Shown here piece after piece: positions 22,436 through 37,400 of a DNA stretch of 64,000 nt (position 1 is its first letter; the number at the start of each line of letters is the position of its first letter). Origin of the DNA: Eledone cirrhosa (Eukaryota); assembly GCA_964016885.1 (NCBI GenBank), contig OZ024743.1, forward strand, positions 345,092,001 through 345,156,000, written 5' to 3'. A program made the translations under genes and the position numbers. The notes beneath the pieces were generated by a model. It worked only from the letters and a program-made list of their open reading frames with translations, had not been told where the DNA came from and did not search any database.

Positions 22436-25400
22436 TGTATATATATGTCAGTATTTGAGTGTTGTATATGTATGTCTATGTATGTATGTCTGTATGTGGG
22501 TGTTGTATATGTATGTCTATGTATGTATGTCAGTATGTGGGTGTTGTATTTGTATGTCTGTATGTGGGTGTTGTATATGTATGTCTATGTATGTATGTCA
22601 GTATGTGGGTGTTGTATATGTATGTCTATGTATGTATGTCAGTATGTGGGTGTTGTATATGTATGTCTATGTATGTATGTCTGTATGTGGGTGTTGTATA
22701 TGTATGTCTATGTATGTATGTCAGTATGTGGGTGTTGTATATGTATGTCTATGTATGTATGTCTGTATGTGGGTGTTATATATGTATGTCTATGTATGCA
22801 TGTCAGTATGTGGGTGTTGTATATGTATGTCTATGTATGTATGTCTGTATGTGGGTGTTGTATATGTATGTCTATGTATGTATGTCAGTATGTGGGTGTT
22901 GTATATGTATGTCTATGTATGCATGTCAGTATGTGGGTGTTGTATATGTATGTCTATGTATGCATGTCAGTATGTGGGTGTTGTATATGTATCTCTATGT
23001 ATGTATGTCAGTATGTGGGTGTTGTATATGTATGTCTATGTATGTATGTCTGTATGTGGGTGTTGTATATGTATGTCTGTATGTGGGTGTTGTATATGTA
23101 TGTCTATGTATGTATGTCTGTATGTGGGTGTTGTTTATGTATGTCTATGTATGTATGTCTGTATGTGGGTGTTGTTTATGTATGTCTATGTATATATGTA
23201 TGTATGTGGGTTTTGTATATGTATGTCTACGTATGTATGTCTGTATGTGGGTGTTGTATATGTATGTCTCTGTATATATGTCAGTATGTGAGTGTTGTAT
23301 ATGTATGTCTATGTATGTATGTCTGTATGTGGGTGTTGTATATGTATGTCTCTGTATATATGTCAGTATGTGAGTGTTGTATATGTATGTCTATGTATCT
23401 ATATCTGTATGTGGGTGTTGTATATGTATGTCTATGTATGTATGTCAGTATGTGTGTGTTGTATATGTATGTCTCTGTATGTATGTCTGTATGTGGGTGT
23501 TGTATATGTATGTCTATGTATCTATGTCTGTATGTGGGTGTTGTATATGTATGTCTATGTATGTATGTCTGTATGTGGGTGTTGTATATGTATGTCTATG
23601 TATGTATATCTGTATGTGGGTGTTGTATATGTATGTCTATGTATGTATGTCAGTATGTGTGTGTTGTATATGTATGTCTATGTATGAATGTCAGTATGTG
23701 GGTGTTGTATATGTATGTCTATGTGTGTATGTCTGTATGTGGGTGTTGTATATGTATGTCTATGTATGTATGTCTGTATGTGGGTGTTGTATATGTATGT
23801 CTATGTATGTATGTCTGTATGTGGGTGTTGTATATGTATGTCTATGTATGTATGTCTGTATGTGGGTGTTGTATATGTATGTCTCTGTATGTATGTCTGT
23901 ATGTGGGTGTTGTATATGTATGTCTCTGTATGTATGTCTGTATGTGGGTGTTGTATATGTATGTCTATGTATTTATGTCTGTATGTGTGTGTTGTATATG
24001 TATGTCTATGTATGTATGTCTGTATGTGGGTGTTGTATATGTATGTCTATGTATGTATGTCTGTATGTGAGTGTTGTATATGTATGTCTCTGTATGTATG
24101 TCAGTATGTGGGTGTTGTATATGTATGTCTATGTATGTATGTCTGTATGTGGGTGTTGTATATGTATGTCTATGTATGTATGTCTGTATGTGGGTCTTGT
24201 ATATGTATGTCTATGTATGTATGTCTGTATGTGGGTGTTGTATATGTATGTCTATGTATGTATGACAGTATGTGGGTGTTGTATATGTATGTCTATGTAT
24301 GTATGACAGTATGTGGGTGTTGTAAATGTATGTCTATGTATGTATGTCTGTATGTGGGTGTTTTATATGTATGTCTATGTATGTATGTCTGTATGTGGGT
24401 GTTGTATATGTATGTCTCTGTATGTATGTCTGTATGTGGGTGTTGTATATGTATGTCTATGTGGGTGTTGTATATGTATGTCTGTATGTGGGTGTTGTAT
24501 ATGTATGTCTATGTATGTATGTCTGTATGTGGGTGTTGTATATGTAATTCTCTGTATGTATGTCAGTATGTGGGTGTTGTATATGTATGTCTATGTATGT
24601 ATGTCAGTATGTGGGTGTTGTATATGTATGTCTATGTATGTATGTCAGTATGTGGGTGTTGTATATGTATGTCTATGTATGTATGTCTGTATGTCTGTAT
24701 GTGGGTGTTGTATATGTATGTCTATGTATGTATGTCTGTATGTGGGTGTTGTATATGTATGTCTATGTATGTATGTCTGTATGTGGGTGTTGTATATGTA
24801 TTTCTCTGTATGTATGTCAGTATGTGGGTGTTGTATATGTATGTCTATGTATGTATGTCTGTATGTGGGTGTTGTATATGTATGTCTATGTATGTATGTC
24901 TGTATGTGGGTGTTGTATATGTATGTCTATGTATGTATGTCTGTATGTGGGTGTTGTTTATGTATGTCTATGTATGTATGTCTGTATGTGGGTGTTGTTT
25001 ATGTATGTCTATGTATATATGTATGTATGTGGGTTTTGTATATGTATGTCTACGTATGTATGTCTGTATGTGGGTGTTGTATATGTATGTCTCTGTATAT
25101 ATGTCAGTATGTGAGTGTTGTATATGTATGTCTATGTATGTATGTCTGTATGTGGGTGTTGTATATGTATGTCTCTGTATATATGTCAGTATGTGAATGT
25201 TGTATATGTATGTCTATGTATCTATATCTGTATGTGGGTGTTGTATATGTATGTCTATGTATGTATGTCAGTATGTGTGTGTTGTATATGTATGTCTCTG
25301 TATGTATGTCTGTATGTGGGTGTTGTATATGTATGTCTATGTATCTATGTCTGTATGTGGGTGTTGTATATGTATGTCTATGTATGTATGTCTGTATGTG

Positions 25401-28400
25401 GGTGTTGTATATGTATGTCTATGTATGTATATCTGTATGTGGGTGTTGTATATGTATGTCTATGTATGTATGTCAGTATGTGTGTGTTGTATATGTATGT
25501 CTATGTATGAATGTCAGTATGTGGGTGTTGTATATGTATGTCTATGTGTGTATGTCTGTATGTGGGTGTTGTATATGTATGTCTATGTATGTATGTCTGT
25601 ATGTGGGTGTTGTATATGTATGTCTATGTATGTATGTCTGTATGTGGGTGTTGTATATGTATGTCTATGTATGTATGTCTGTATGTGGGTGTTGTATATG
25701 TATGTCTCTGTATGTATGTCTGTATGTGGGTGTTGTATATGTATGTCTCTGTATGTATGTCTGTATGTGGGTGTTGTATATGTATGTCTATGTATTTATG
25801 TCTGTATGTGTGTGTTGTATATGTATGTCTATGTATGTATGTCTGTATGTGGGTGTTGTATATGTATGTCTATGTATGTATGTCAGTATGTGGGTGTTGT
25901 ATATGTATGTCTATGTATGTATGTCAGTATGTGGGTGTTGTATATGTATGTCTATGTATGTATGTCTGTATGTGGGTGTTGTATATGTATGTCTCTCTAT
26001 GTATGTCTGTATGTGGGTGTTGTATATGTATGTCTGTATGTGGGTGTTGTATATGTATGTCTATGTATGTATGTCTGTATGTGGGTGTTGTTTATGTATG
26101 TCTATGTATGTATGTCTGTATGTGGGTGTTGTTTATGTATGTCTATGTATATATGTATGTATGTGGGTTTTGTATATGTATGTCTACGTATGTATGTCTG
26201 TATGTGGGTGTTGTATATGTATGTCTCTGTATATATGTCAGTATGTGAGTGTTGTATATGTATGTCTATGTATGTATGTCTGTATGTGGGTGTTGTATAT
26301 GTATGTCTCTGTATATATGTCAGTATGTGAATGTTGTATATGTATGTCTATGTATCTATATCTGTATGTGGGTGTTGTATATGTATGTCTATGTATGTAT
26401 GTCAGTATGTGTGTGTTGTATATGTATGTCTCTGTATGTATGTCTGTATGTGGGTGTTGTATATGTATGTCTATGTATCTATGTCTGTATGTGGGTGTTG
26501 TATATGTATGTCTATGTATGTATGTCTGTATGTGGGTGTTGTATATGTATGTCTATGTATGTATATCTGTATGTGGGTGTTGTATATGTATGTCTATGTA
26601 TGTATGTCAGTATGTGTGTGTTGTATATGTATGTCTATGTATGAATGTCAGTATGTGGGTGTTGTATATGTATGTCTATGTGTGTATGTCTGTATGTGGG
26701 TGTTGTATATGTATGTCTATGTATGTATGTCTGTATGTGGGTGTTGTATATGTATGTCTATGTATGTATGTCTGTATGTGGGTGTTGTATATGTATGTCT
26801 ATGTATGTATGTCTGTATGTGGGTGTTGTATATGTATGTCTCTGTATGTATGTCTGTATGTGGGTGTTGTATATGTATGTCTCTGTATGTATGTCTGTAT
26901 GTGGGTGTTGTATATGTATGTCTATGTATTTATGTCTGTATGTGTGTGTTGTATATGTATGTCTATGTATGTATGTCTGTATGTGGGTGTTGTATATGTA
27001 TGTCTATGTATGTATGTCTGTATGTGAGTGTTGTATATGTATGTCTCTGTATGTATGTCAGTATGTGGGTGTTGTATATGTATGTCTATGTATGTATGTC
27101 TGTATGTGGGTGTTGTATATGTATGTCTATGTATGTATGTCTGTATGTGGGTCTTGTATATGTATGTCTATGTATGTATGTCTGTATGTGGGTGTTGTAT
27201 ATGTATGTCTATGTATGTATGACAGTATGTGGGTGTTGTATATGTATGTCTATGTATGTATGACAGTATGTGGGTGTTGTAAATGTATGTCTATGTATGT
27301 ATGTCTGTATGTGGGTGTTTTATATGTATGTCTATGTATGTATGTCTGTATGTGGGTGTTGTATATGTATGTCTCTGTATGTATGTCTGTATGTGGGTGT
27401 TGTATATGTATGTCTATGTGGGTGTTGTATATGTATGTCTGTATGTGGGTGTTGTATATGTATGTCTATGTATGTATGTCTGTATGTGGGTGTTGTATAT
27501 GTAATTCTCTGTATGTATGTCAGTATGTGGGTGTTGTATATGTATGTCTATGTATGTATGTCAGTATGTGGGTGTTGTATATGTATGTCTGTATGTGGGT
27601 GTTGTATATGTATGTCTATGTATGTATGTCTGTATGTGGGTGTTGTTTATGTATGTCTATGTATGTATGTCTGTATGTGGGTGTTGTTTATGTATGTCTA
27701 TGTATATATGTATGTATGTGGGTTTTGTATATGTATGTCTACGTATGTATGTCTGTATGTGGGTGTTGTATATGTATGTCTCTGTATATATGTCAGTATG
27801 TGAGTGTTGTATATGTATGTCTATGTATGTATGTCTGTATGTGGGTGTTGTATATGTATGTCTCTGTATATATGTCAGTATGTGAGTGTTGTATATGTAT
27901 GTCTATGTATCTATATCTGTATGTGGGTGTTGTATATGTATGTCTATGTATGTATGTCAGTATGTGTGTGTTGTATATGTATGTCTCTGTATGTATGTCT
28001 GTATGTGGGTGTTGTATATGTATGTCTATGTATCTATGTCTGTATGTGGGTGTTGTATATGTATGTCTATGTATGTATGTCTGTATGTGGGTGTTGTATA
28101 TGTATGTCTATGTATGTATATCTGTATGTGGGTGTTGTATATGTATGTCTATGTATGTATGTCAGTATGTGTGTGTTGTATATGTATGTCTATGTATGAA
28201 TGTCAGTATGTGGGTGTTGTATATGTATGTCTATGTGTGTATGTCTGTATGTGGGTGTTGTATATGTATGTCTATGTATGTATGTCTGTATGTGGGTGTT
28301 GTATATGTATGTCTATGTATGTATGTCTGTATGTGGGTGTTGTATATGTATGTCTATGTATGTATGTCTGTATGTGGGTGTTGTATATGTATGTCTCTGT

Positions 28401-31400
28401 ATGTATGTCTGTATGTGGGTGTTGTATATGTATGTCTCTGTATGTATGTCTGTATGTGGGTGTTGTATATGTATGTCTATGTATTTATGTCTGTATGTGT
28501 GTGTTGTATATGTATGTCTATGTATGTATGTCTGTATGTGGGTGTTGTATATGTATGTCTATGTATGTATGTCTGTATGTGAGTGTTGTATATGTATGTC
28601 TCTGTATGTATGTCAGTATGTGGGTGTTGTATATGTATGTCTATGTATGTATGTCTGTATGTGGGTGTTGTATATGTATGTCTATGTATGTATGTCTGTA
28701 TGTGGGTCTTGTATATGTATGTCTATGTATGTATGTCTGTATGTGGGTGTTGTATATGTATGTCTATGTATGTATGACAGTATGTGGGTGTTGTATATGT
28801 ATGTCTATGTATGTATGACAGTATGTGGGTGTTGTAAATGTATGTCTATGTATGTATGTCTGTATGTGGGTGTTTTATATGTATGTCTATGTATGTATGT
28901 CTGTATGTGGGTGTTGTATATGTATGTCTCTGTATGTATGTCTGTATGTGGGTGTTGTATATGTATGTCTATGTGGGTGTTGTATATGTATGTCTGTATG
29001 TGGGTGTTGTATATGTATGTCTATGTATGTATGTCTGTATGTGGGTGTTGTATATGTAATTCTCTGTATTGATGTCAGTATGTGGGTGTTGTATATGTAT
29101 GTCTATGTATGTATGTCAGTATGTGGGTGTTGTATATGTATGTCTATGTATGTATGTCAGTATGTGGGTGTTGTATATGTATGTCTATGTATGTATGTCT
29201 GTATGTGGGTGTTGTATATGTATGTCTATGTATGTATGTCTGTATGTGGGTGTTGTATATGTATGTCTATGTATGTATGTCTGTATGTGGGTGTTGTATA
29301 TGTAATTCTCTGTATGTATGTCAGTATGTGGGTGTTGTATATGTATGTCTATGTATGTATGTCTGTATGTGGGTGTTGTATATGTATGTCTATGTATGTA
29401 TGTCTGTATGTGGGTGTTGTATATGTATGTCTATGTATGTATGTCTGTATGTGGGTGTTGTATATGTAATTCTCTGTATGTATGTCAGTATGTGGGTGTT
29501 GTATATGTATGTCTATGTATGTATGTCAGTATGTGGGTGTTGTATATGTATGTCTATGTATGTATGTCAGTATGTGGGTGTTGTATATGTATGTCTATGT
29601 ATGTATGTCTGTATGTGGGTGTTGTATATGTATGTCTCTCTATGTATGTCTGTATGTGGGTGTTGTATATGTATGTCTGTATGTGGGTGTTGTATATGTA
29701 TGTCTATGTATGTATGTCTGTATGTGGGTGTTGTTTATGTATGTCTATGTATGTATGTCTGTATGTGGGTGTTGTTTATGTATGTCTATGTATATATGTA
29801 TGTATGTGGGTTTTGTATATGTATGTCTACGTATGTATGTCTGTATGTGGGTGTTGTATATGTATGTCTCTGTATATATGTCAGTATGTGAGTGTTGTAT
29901 ATGTATGTCTATGTATGTATGTCTGTATGTGGGTGTTGTATATGTATGTCTCTGTATATATGTCAGTATGTGAGTGTTGTATATGTATGTCTATGTATCT
30001 ATATCTGTATGTGGGTGTTGTATATGTATGTCTATGTATGTATGTCAGTATGTGTGTGTTGTATATGTATGTCTCTGTATGTATGTCTGTATGTGGGTGT
30101 TGTATATGTATGTCTATGTATCTATGTCTGTATGTGGGTGTTGTATATGTATGTCTATGTATGTATGTCTGTATGTGGGTGTTGTATATGTATGTCTATG
30201 TATGTATATCTGTATGTGGGTGTTGTATATGTATGTCTATGTATGTATGTCAGTATGTGTGTGTTGTATATGTATGTCTATGTATGAATGTCAGTATGTG
30301 GGTGTTGTATATGTATGTCTATGTGTGTATGTCTGTATGTGGGTGTTGTATATGTATGTCTATGTATGTATGTCTGTATGTGGGTGTTGTATATGTATGT
30401 CTATGTATGTATGTCTGTATGTGGGTGTTGTATATGTATGTCTATGTATGTATGTCTGTATGTGGGTGTTGTATATGTATGTCTCTGTATGTATGTCTGT
30501 ATGTGGGTGTTGTATATGTATGTCTCTGTATGTATGTCTGTATGTGGGTGTTGTATATGTATGTCTATGTATTTATGTCTGTATGTGTGTGTTGTATATG
30601 TATGTCTATGTATGTATGTCTGTATGTGGGTGTTGTATATGTATGTCTATGTATGTATGTCTGTATGTGAGTGTTGTATATGTATGTCTCTGTATGTATG
30701 TCAGTATGTGGGTGTTGTATATGTATGTCTATGTATGTATGTCTGTATGTGGGTGTTGTATATGTATGTCTATGTATGTATGTCTGTATGTGGGTCTTGT
30801 ATATGTATGTCTATGTATGTATGTCTGTATGTGGGTGTTGTATATGTATGTCTATGTATGTATGACAGTATGTGGGTGTTGTATATGTATGTCTATGTAT
30901 GTATGACAGTATGTGGGTGTTGTAAATGTATGTCTATGTATGTATGTCTGTATGTGGGTGTTTTATATGTATGTCTATGTATGTATGTCTGTATGTGGGT
31001 GTTGTATATGTATGTCTCTGTATGTATGTCTGTATGTGGGTGTTGTATATGTATGTCTATGTGGGTGTTGTATATGTATGTCTGTATGTGGGTGTTGTAT
31101 ATGTATGTCTATGTATGTATGTCTGTATGTGGGTGTTGTATATGTAATTCTCTGTATGTATGTCAGTATGTGGGTGTTGTATATGTATGTCTATGTATGT
31201 ATGTCAGTATGTGGGTGTTGTATATGTATGTCTATGTATGTATGTCAGTATGTGGGTGTTGTATATGTATGTCTATGTATGTATGTCTGTATGTGGGTGT
31301 TGTATATGTATGTCTATGTATGTATGTCTGTATGTGGGTGTTGTATATGTATGTCTATGTATGTATGTCTGTATGTGGGTGTTGTATATGTAATTCTCTG

Positions 31401-34400
31401 TATGTATGTCAGTATGTGGGTGTTGTATATGTATGTCTATGTATGTATGTCAGTATGTGGGTGTTGTATATGTATGTCTATGTATGTATGTCAGTATGTG
31501 GGTGTTGTATATGTATGTCTATGTATGTATGTCAGTATGTGGGTGTTGTATATGTATGTCTATGTATGTATGTCTGTATGTGGGTGTTGTATATGTATGT
31601 CTATGTGGGTGTTGTATATGTATGTCTATGTATGTATGTCTGTATGTGGGTGTTGTATATGTATGTCTATGTATGTATGTCTGTATGTGGGTGTTGTATA
31701 TGTATGTCTATGTATGTATGTCTGTATGTGGGTGTTGTATATGTATGTCTATGTGGGTGTTGTATATGTATGTCTATGTATGTATGTCTGTATGTGGGTG
31801 TTGTATATGTATGTCTCTGTATGTATGTCAGTATGTGGGTGTTGTATATGTATGTCTATGTATGTATGTCTGTATGTGGGTGTTATATATGTATGTCTAT
31901 GTATGTATGTCAGTATGTGGGTGTTGTATATGTATGTCTATGTATGTATGTCAGTATGTGGATGTTGTATATGTATGTCTACGTATGTATGTCTGTATGT
32001 GGGTGTTGTATATGTATGTCTCTGTATGTATGTCAGTATGTGTGTGTTGTATATGTATGTCTCTGTATGTATGTCTGTATGTCTCTGTATGTATGTCTGT
32101 ATGTCTCTATGTGGGTGTTGTATATGCATGTCTCTGTATGTATGTCAGTATGTGTGTGTTGTATATGTATGTCTCTGTATGAATGTCTGTATGTCTGTAT
32201 GTGGGTGTTGTATATGTATGTCTATGTATGTATGTCTTTATGTGTCTGTTGTATATGTATGTCTCTGTATGTATGTCAGTATGTGTGTGTTGTATATGTA
32301 TGTCTCTGTATGTATGTCTGTATGTTGGTGTTGTATATGTATGTCTATGTATGTATGTCAGTATGTGGGTGCTGTATATGTATGTCTATGTATGTATGTC
32401 AGTATGTGTGTGTTGTATATGTATGTCTCTCTATGTATGTCTGTATGTGGGTGTTGTATATGGATGTCACTGTATGTATGTATGTATGTGGGTGTTGTAT
32501 ATGTATGTCTATGTATGTATGTCAGTATGTGGGTGTTGTATATGTATGTCTCTGTATGTATGTCAGTATGTGGGTGTTGTATATGTATGTCTCAGTATGT
32601 ATGTCTGTATGTGGGTGTTGTATATGTATGTCTCTGTATATATGTCAGTATGTGGGTGTTGTATATGTATGTCTCTGTATGTATGTCAGTATGTGGGTGT
32701 TGTATATCATGTCTCTGTATGTATGTCTATGTGGGTGTTGTATATGTATGTCTATGTATGTATGTCTGTATGTGGGTGTTGTATATGTATGTCTATGTAT
32801 GTATGTCTGTATGTGGGTGTTGTATATGTATGTCTACGTATGTATGTCTGTATGTGGGTGTTTTATATGTATGTCTATGTATATATGTCTGTATGTGGGT
32901 GTTGTATATGTATGTCTATGTATGTATGTCAGTATGTGGGTGTTGTATATGTATGTCTATGTATGTATGTCAGTATGTGGGTATTGTATATTATGTCTCT
33001 GTATGTATGTCTGTATGTGGGTGTTGTATATGTATGTCTATGTGGGTGTTGTATATGTATGTCTATGTATGTATGTCTGTATGTGGGTGTTGTATATGTA
33101 TGTCTATGTATGTATGTCTGTATGTGGGTGTTGTATATGTATGTCTATGTATGTATGTCTGTATGTGGGTGTTGTATATGTATGTCTATGTGGGTGTTGT
33201 ATATGTATGTCTATGTATGTATGTCTGTATGTGGGTGTTGTATATGTATGTCTCTGTATGTATGTCAGTATGTGGGTGTTGTATATGTATGTCTATGTAT
33301 GTATGTCTGTATGTGGGTGTTATATATGTATGTCTATGTATGTATGTCAGTATGTGGGTGTTGTATATGTATGTCTATGTATGTATGTCAGTATGTGGAT
33401 GTTGTATATGTATGTCTACGTATGTATGTCTGTATGTGGGTGTTGTATATTTATGTCTATGTATGTATGTCTGTATGTGGGTGTTGTATATGTATGTCTC
33501 TGTATGTATGTCTGTATGTCTCTATGTGGGTGTTGTATATGTATGTCTCTGTATGTATGTCAGTATGTGTATGTATGTCTGTATGTGTGTGTTGTATATA
33601 TATGTCTCTGTATGTATGTCAGTATGTGTGTGTTGTATATGTATGTCTCTGTATGTATGTCTGTATGTCTCTATGTGGGTGTTGTATATGTATGTCTCTG
33701 TATGTATGTCAGTATGTGTATGTATGTCTGTATGTGTGTGTTGTATATATATGTCTCTGTATGTATGTCTGTATGTGGGTGTTGTATATGTATGTCTATG
33801 TATGTATGTATGTGGGTGTTGTATATGTATGTCTATGTATATATGTCTGTATGTGGGTGTTGTATATGTATGTCTCTGTATGTATGTCAGTATGTGGGTG
33901 TTGTATATGTATGTCTATGTATGTATGTCAGTATGTGTCTGTTGTATATGTATGTCTCTGTATGTATGTCAGTATGTGTGTGTTGTATATGTATGTCTCT
34001 GTATGAATGTCTGTATGTCTCTATGTGGGTGTTGTATATGTATGTCTATGTATGTATGTCTGTATGTGGGTGTTGTATATGTATGTCTCTGTATGTATGT
34101 CTGTATGTGGGTGTTGTATATGTATGTCTATGTATGTATGTTAGTATGTGGGTGCTGTATATGTATGTCTATGTATGTATGTCAGTATGTGTGTGTTGTA
34201 TATGTATGTCTCTCTATGTATGTCTGTATGTGGGTGTTTTATATGTATGTCTATGTATGTATGTCTGTATGTGGGTGTTGTTTATGTATGTCTATGTATA
34301 TATGTCTGTATGTGGGTGTTGTATATGTATGTCTATGTATGTATGTCAGTATGTGGGTGTTGTATTTGTATGTCAGTATGTGGGTGTTATATATGTATGT

Positions 34401-37400
34401 CTATGTATGTATGTCTGTATGTGGGTGTTGTATATGTATGTCTCTGTATGAATGTCTGTATGTGGGTGTTGTATATGTATGTCTATGTATGTATGTCTGT
34501 ATGTGGATGTTGTATATGTATGTCTATGTATGTATGTCTGTATGTGGGTGTTGTATATGTATGTCTATGTATGTATGTCTGTATGTGGGTGTTGTATATG
34601 AATGTCTATGTATGTATGTCTGTATGTGGGTGTTGTATATGTATGTCTATGTATGTATGTCTGTATGTGGGTGTTGTATATGTATGTCTATGTATGTATG
34701 TCAGTATGTGGGTGTTGTATATGTATGTCTATGTATGTATGTCTGTATGTGGGTGTTGAATATGTATGTCTCTGTATGTATGTCTGTATGTGGGTGTTGT
34801 ATATGTATGTCTATGTATGTATGTCTGTATGTGGGTGTTGTATATGTATGTCTCTGTATGTATGTCAGTATGTGGGTGTTTTATATGTATGTCTATGTAT
34901 GTATGTCTGTATGTGGGTGTTGTATATGTATGTCTCTGTATGTATGTCTGTATGTGGGTGTTGTATATGTATGTCTCTGTATGTATGTCAGTATGTGGGT
35001 GTTGTATATGTATGTCTATGTATGTATGTCTGTATGTGGGTGTTGTATATGTATGTCTATGTATGTATGTCTGTATGTGGGTGTTGTATATGTATGTCAC
35101 TGTATGTATGTATGTATGTGGGTGTTGTATATGTATGTCTATGTATGTATGTCAGTATGTGGATGTTGTATATGTATGTCTCTGTATGTATGTCTGTATG
35201 TGGGTGTTGTATATGTATGTCTCTCTATGTATGTCAGTATGTGGGTGTTGTATATGTATGTCTCAGTATGTATGTCTGTATGTGGGTGTTGTATATGTAT
35301 GTCTCTGTATATATGTCAGTATGTGGGTGTTGTATATGTATGTCTATGTGGGTGTTGTATATGTATGTCTATGTATGTATGTCTGTATGTGGGTGTTGTA
35401 TATGTATGTCTATGTGGGTGTTGTTTATGTATGTCTCTGTATATATGTCAGTATGTGGGTGTTGTATATGTATGTCTCTGTATATATGACAGTATGTGAG
35501 TGTTGTATATGTATGTCTCTGTATGTATGTCTGTATGTGGGTATTGTATATCATGTCTCTGTATGTATGTCTGTATGTGGGTGTTGTATATGTATGTCTA
35601 TGTGGGTGTTGTATATGTATGTCTATGTATGTATGTCTGTATGTGGGTGTTGTATATGTATGTCTATGTATGTATGTCTGTATGTGGGTGTTGTATATGT
35701 ATGTCTACGTATGTATGTCTGTATGTGGGTGTTGTATATGTATGTCTATGTATGTATGTCAGTATGTGGGTGATTTATATGTATGTCTATGTATGTATGT
35801 CTGTATGTGGGTGTTGTATATGTATGTCTATGTATGTATGTCAGTATGTGGGTGTTGTATATGTATGTCTATGTATGTATGTCAGTATGTGGGTGTTGTA
35901 TTTGTATGTCTAAGTATGTATGTCAGTATGTGTGTGTTGTATATGTATGTCTATGTATGTATGTCTGTATGTGGGTGTTGTATATGTATGTCTATGTATG
36001 TATGTCTGGATGTGGGTGTTGTATATGTATGTCTATGTATGTATGTCTGTATGTGGGTGTTGTATATGTACGTCTATGTATGTATGTCTGTATGTGGGTG
36101 TTGTATATGTATGTCTCTGTATGTATGTCAGTATGTGTATGTATGTCTGTATGTGTTTGTTGTATATATATGTCTCTGTATGTATGTCTGTATGTGGGTG
36201 TTGTATATGTATGTCTATGTATGTATGTCTGTATGTGGGTGTTGTATATGTATGTCTATATATGTATGTCTGTATGTGGGTGTTGTATATGTACGTCTAT
36301 GTATGTATGTCTGTATGTGGGTGTTGTATATGTATGTCTCTGTGTGTATGTCTGTATGTGGGTGTTGTATATGTATTTCTCTGTATGTATGTCAGCATGT
36401 GTGTGTTGTATATGTATGTCTCTGTATGTATGTCTGTATGTCTCTATGTGGGTGTTGTATATGTATGTCTCTGTATGTATGTCATTATGTGTCTGTTGTA
36501 TATGTATGTCTCTGTATGTATGTCAGTATGTGTGTGTTGTATATGTATGTCTCTGTATGTATGTCTGTATGTGGGTGTTGTATATGTATGTCTCTGTATG
36601 TATGTCAGTATGTGTGTGTTGTATATGTATGTCTCTGTATATATGTCTGTATGTGGGTGTTGTATATGTATGTCTATGTATGTATGTATGTATGTGGGTG
36701 TTGTATATGTATGTCTATGTATGTATGTCAGTATGTGGATGTTGTATATGTATGTCTCTGTATGTATGTCAGTATGTGTGTGTTGTATATGTATGTCTCT
36801 GTATATATGTCTGTATGTGGGTGTTGTATATGTATGTCTATGTATGTATGTATGTATGTGGGTGTTGTATATGTATGTCTATGTATGTATGTCAGTATGT
36901 GGATGTTGTATATGTATGTCTCTGTATGTATGTCTGTATGTGGGTGTTTTATATGTATGTCTATGTATGTATGTCTGCATGTGGGTGTTGTATATGTATG
37001 TCTATGTATATATGTCTGTATGTGGGTGTTGTATATTTATGTGTATGTATGTATGTCAGTATGTGGGTGTTGTATATGTATGTCTGTATGTGGGTGTTGT
37101 ATATGTATGTCTCTCTATGTATGTCAGTATGTGGGTGTTGTATATGTATGTCTATGTATGTATATCTGTATGTGGGTGTTGTATATGTATGTCTATGTAT
37201 GTATGTCAGTATGTGGGTGTTATATATGTATGTCTATGTATGTATGTCAGTATGTGGGTGTTATATATGTATGTTTATGTATATATGTCAGTATGTGGGT
37301 GTTGTATATGTATGTCTATGTATGTATGTCAGTATGTGGGTGTTGTATATGTATGTCTATGTATGTATGTCAGTATGTGGGTGTTGTATATGTATGTCTC

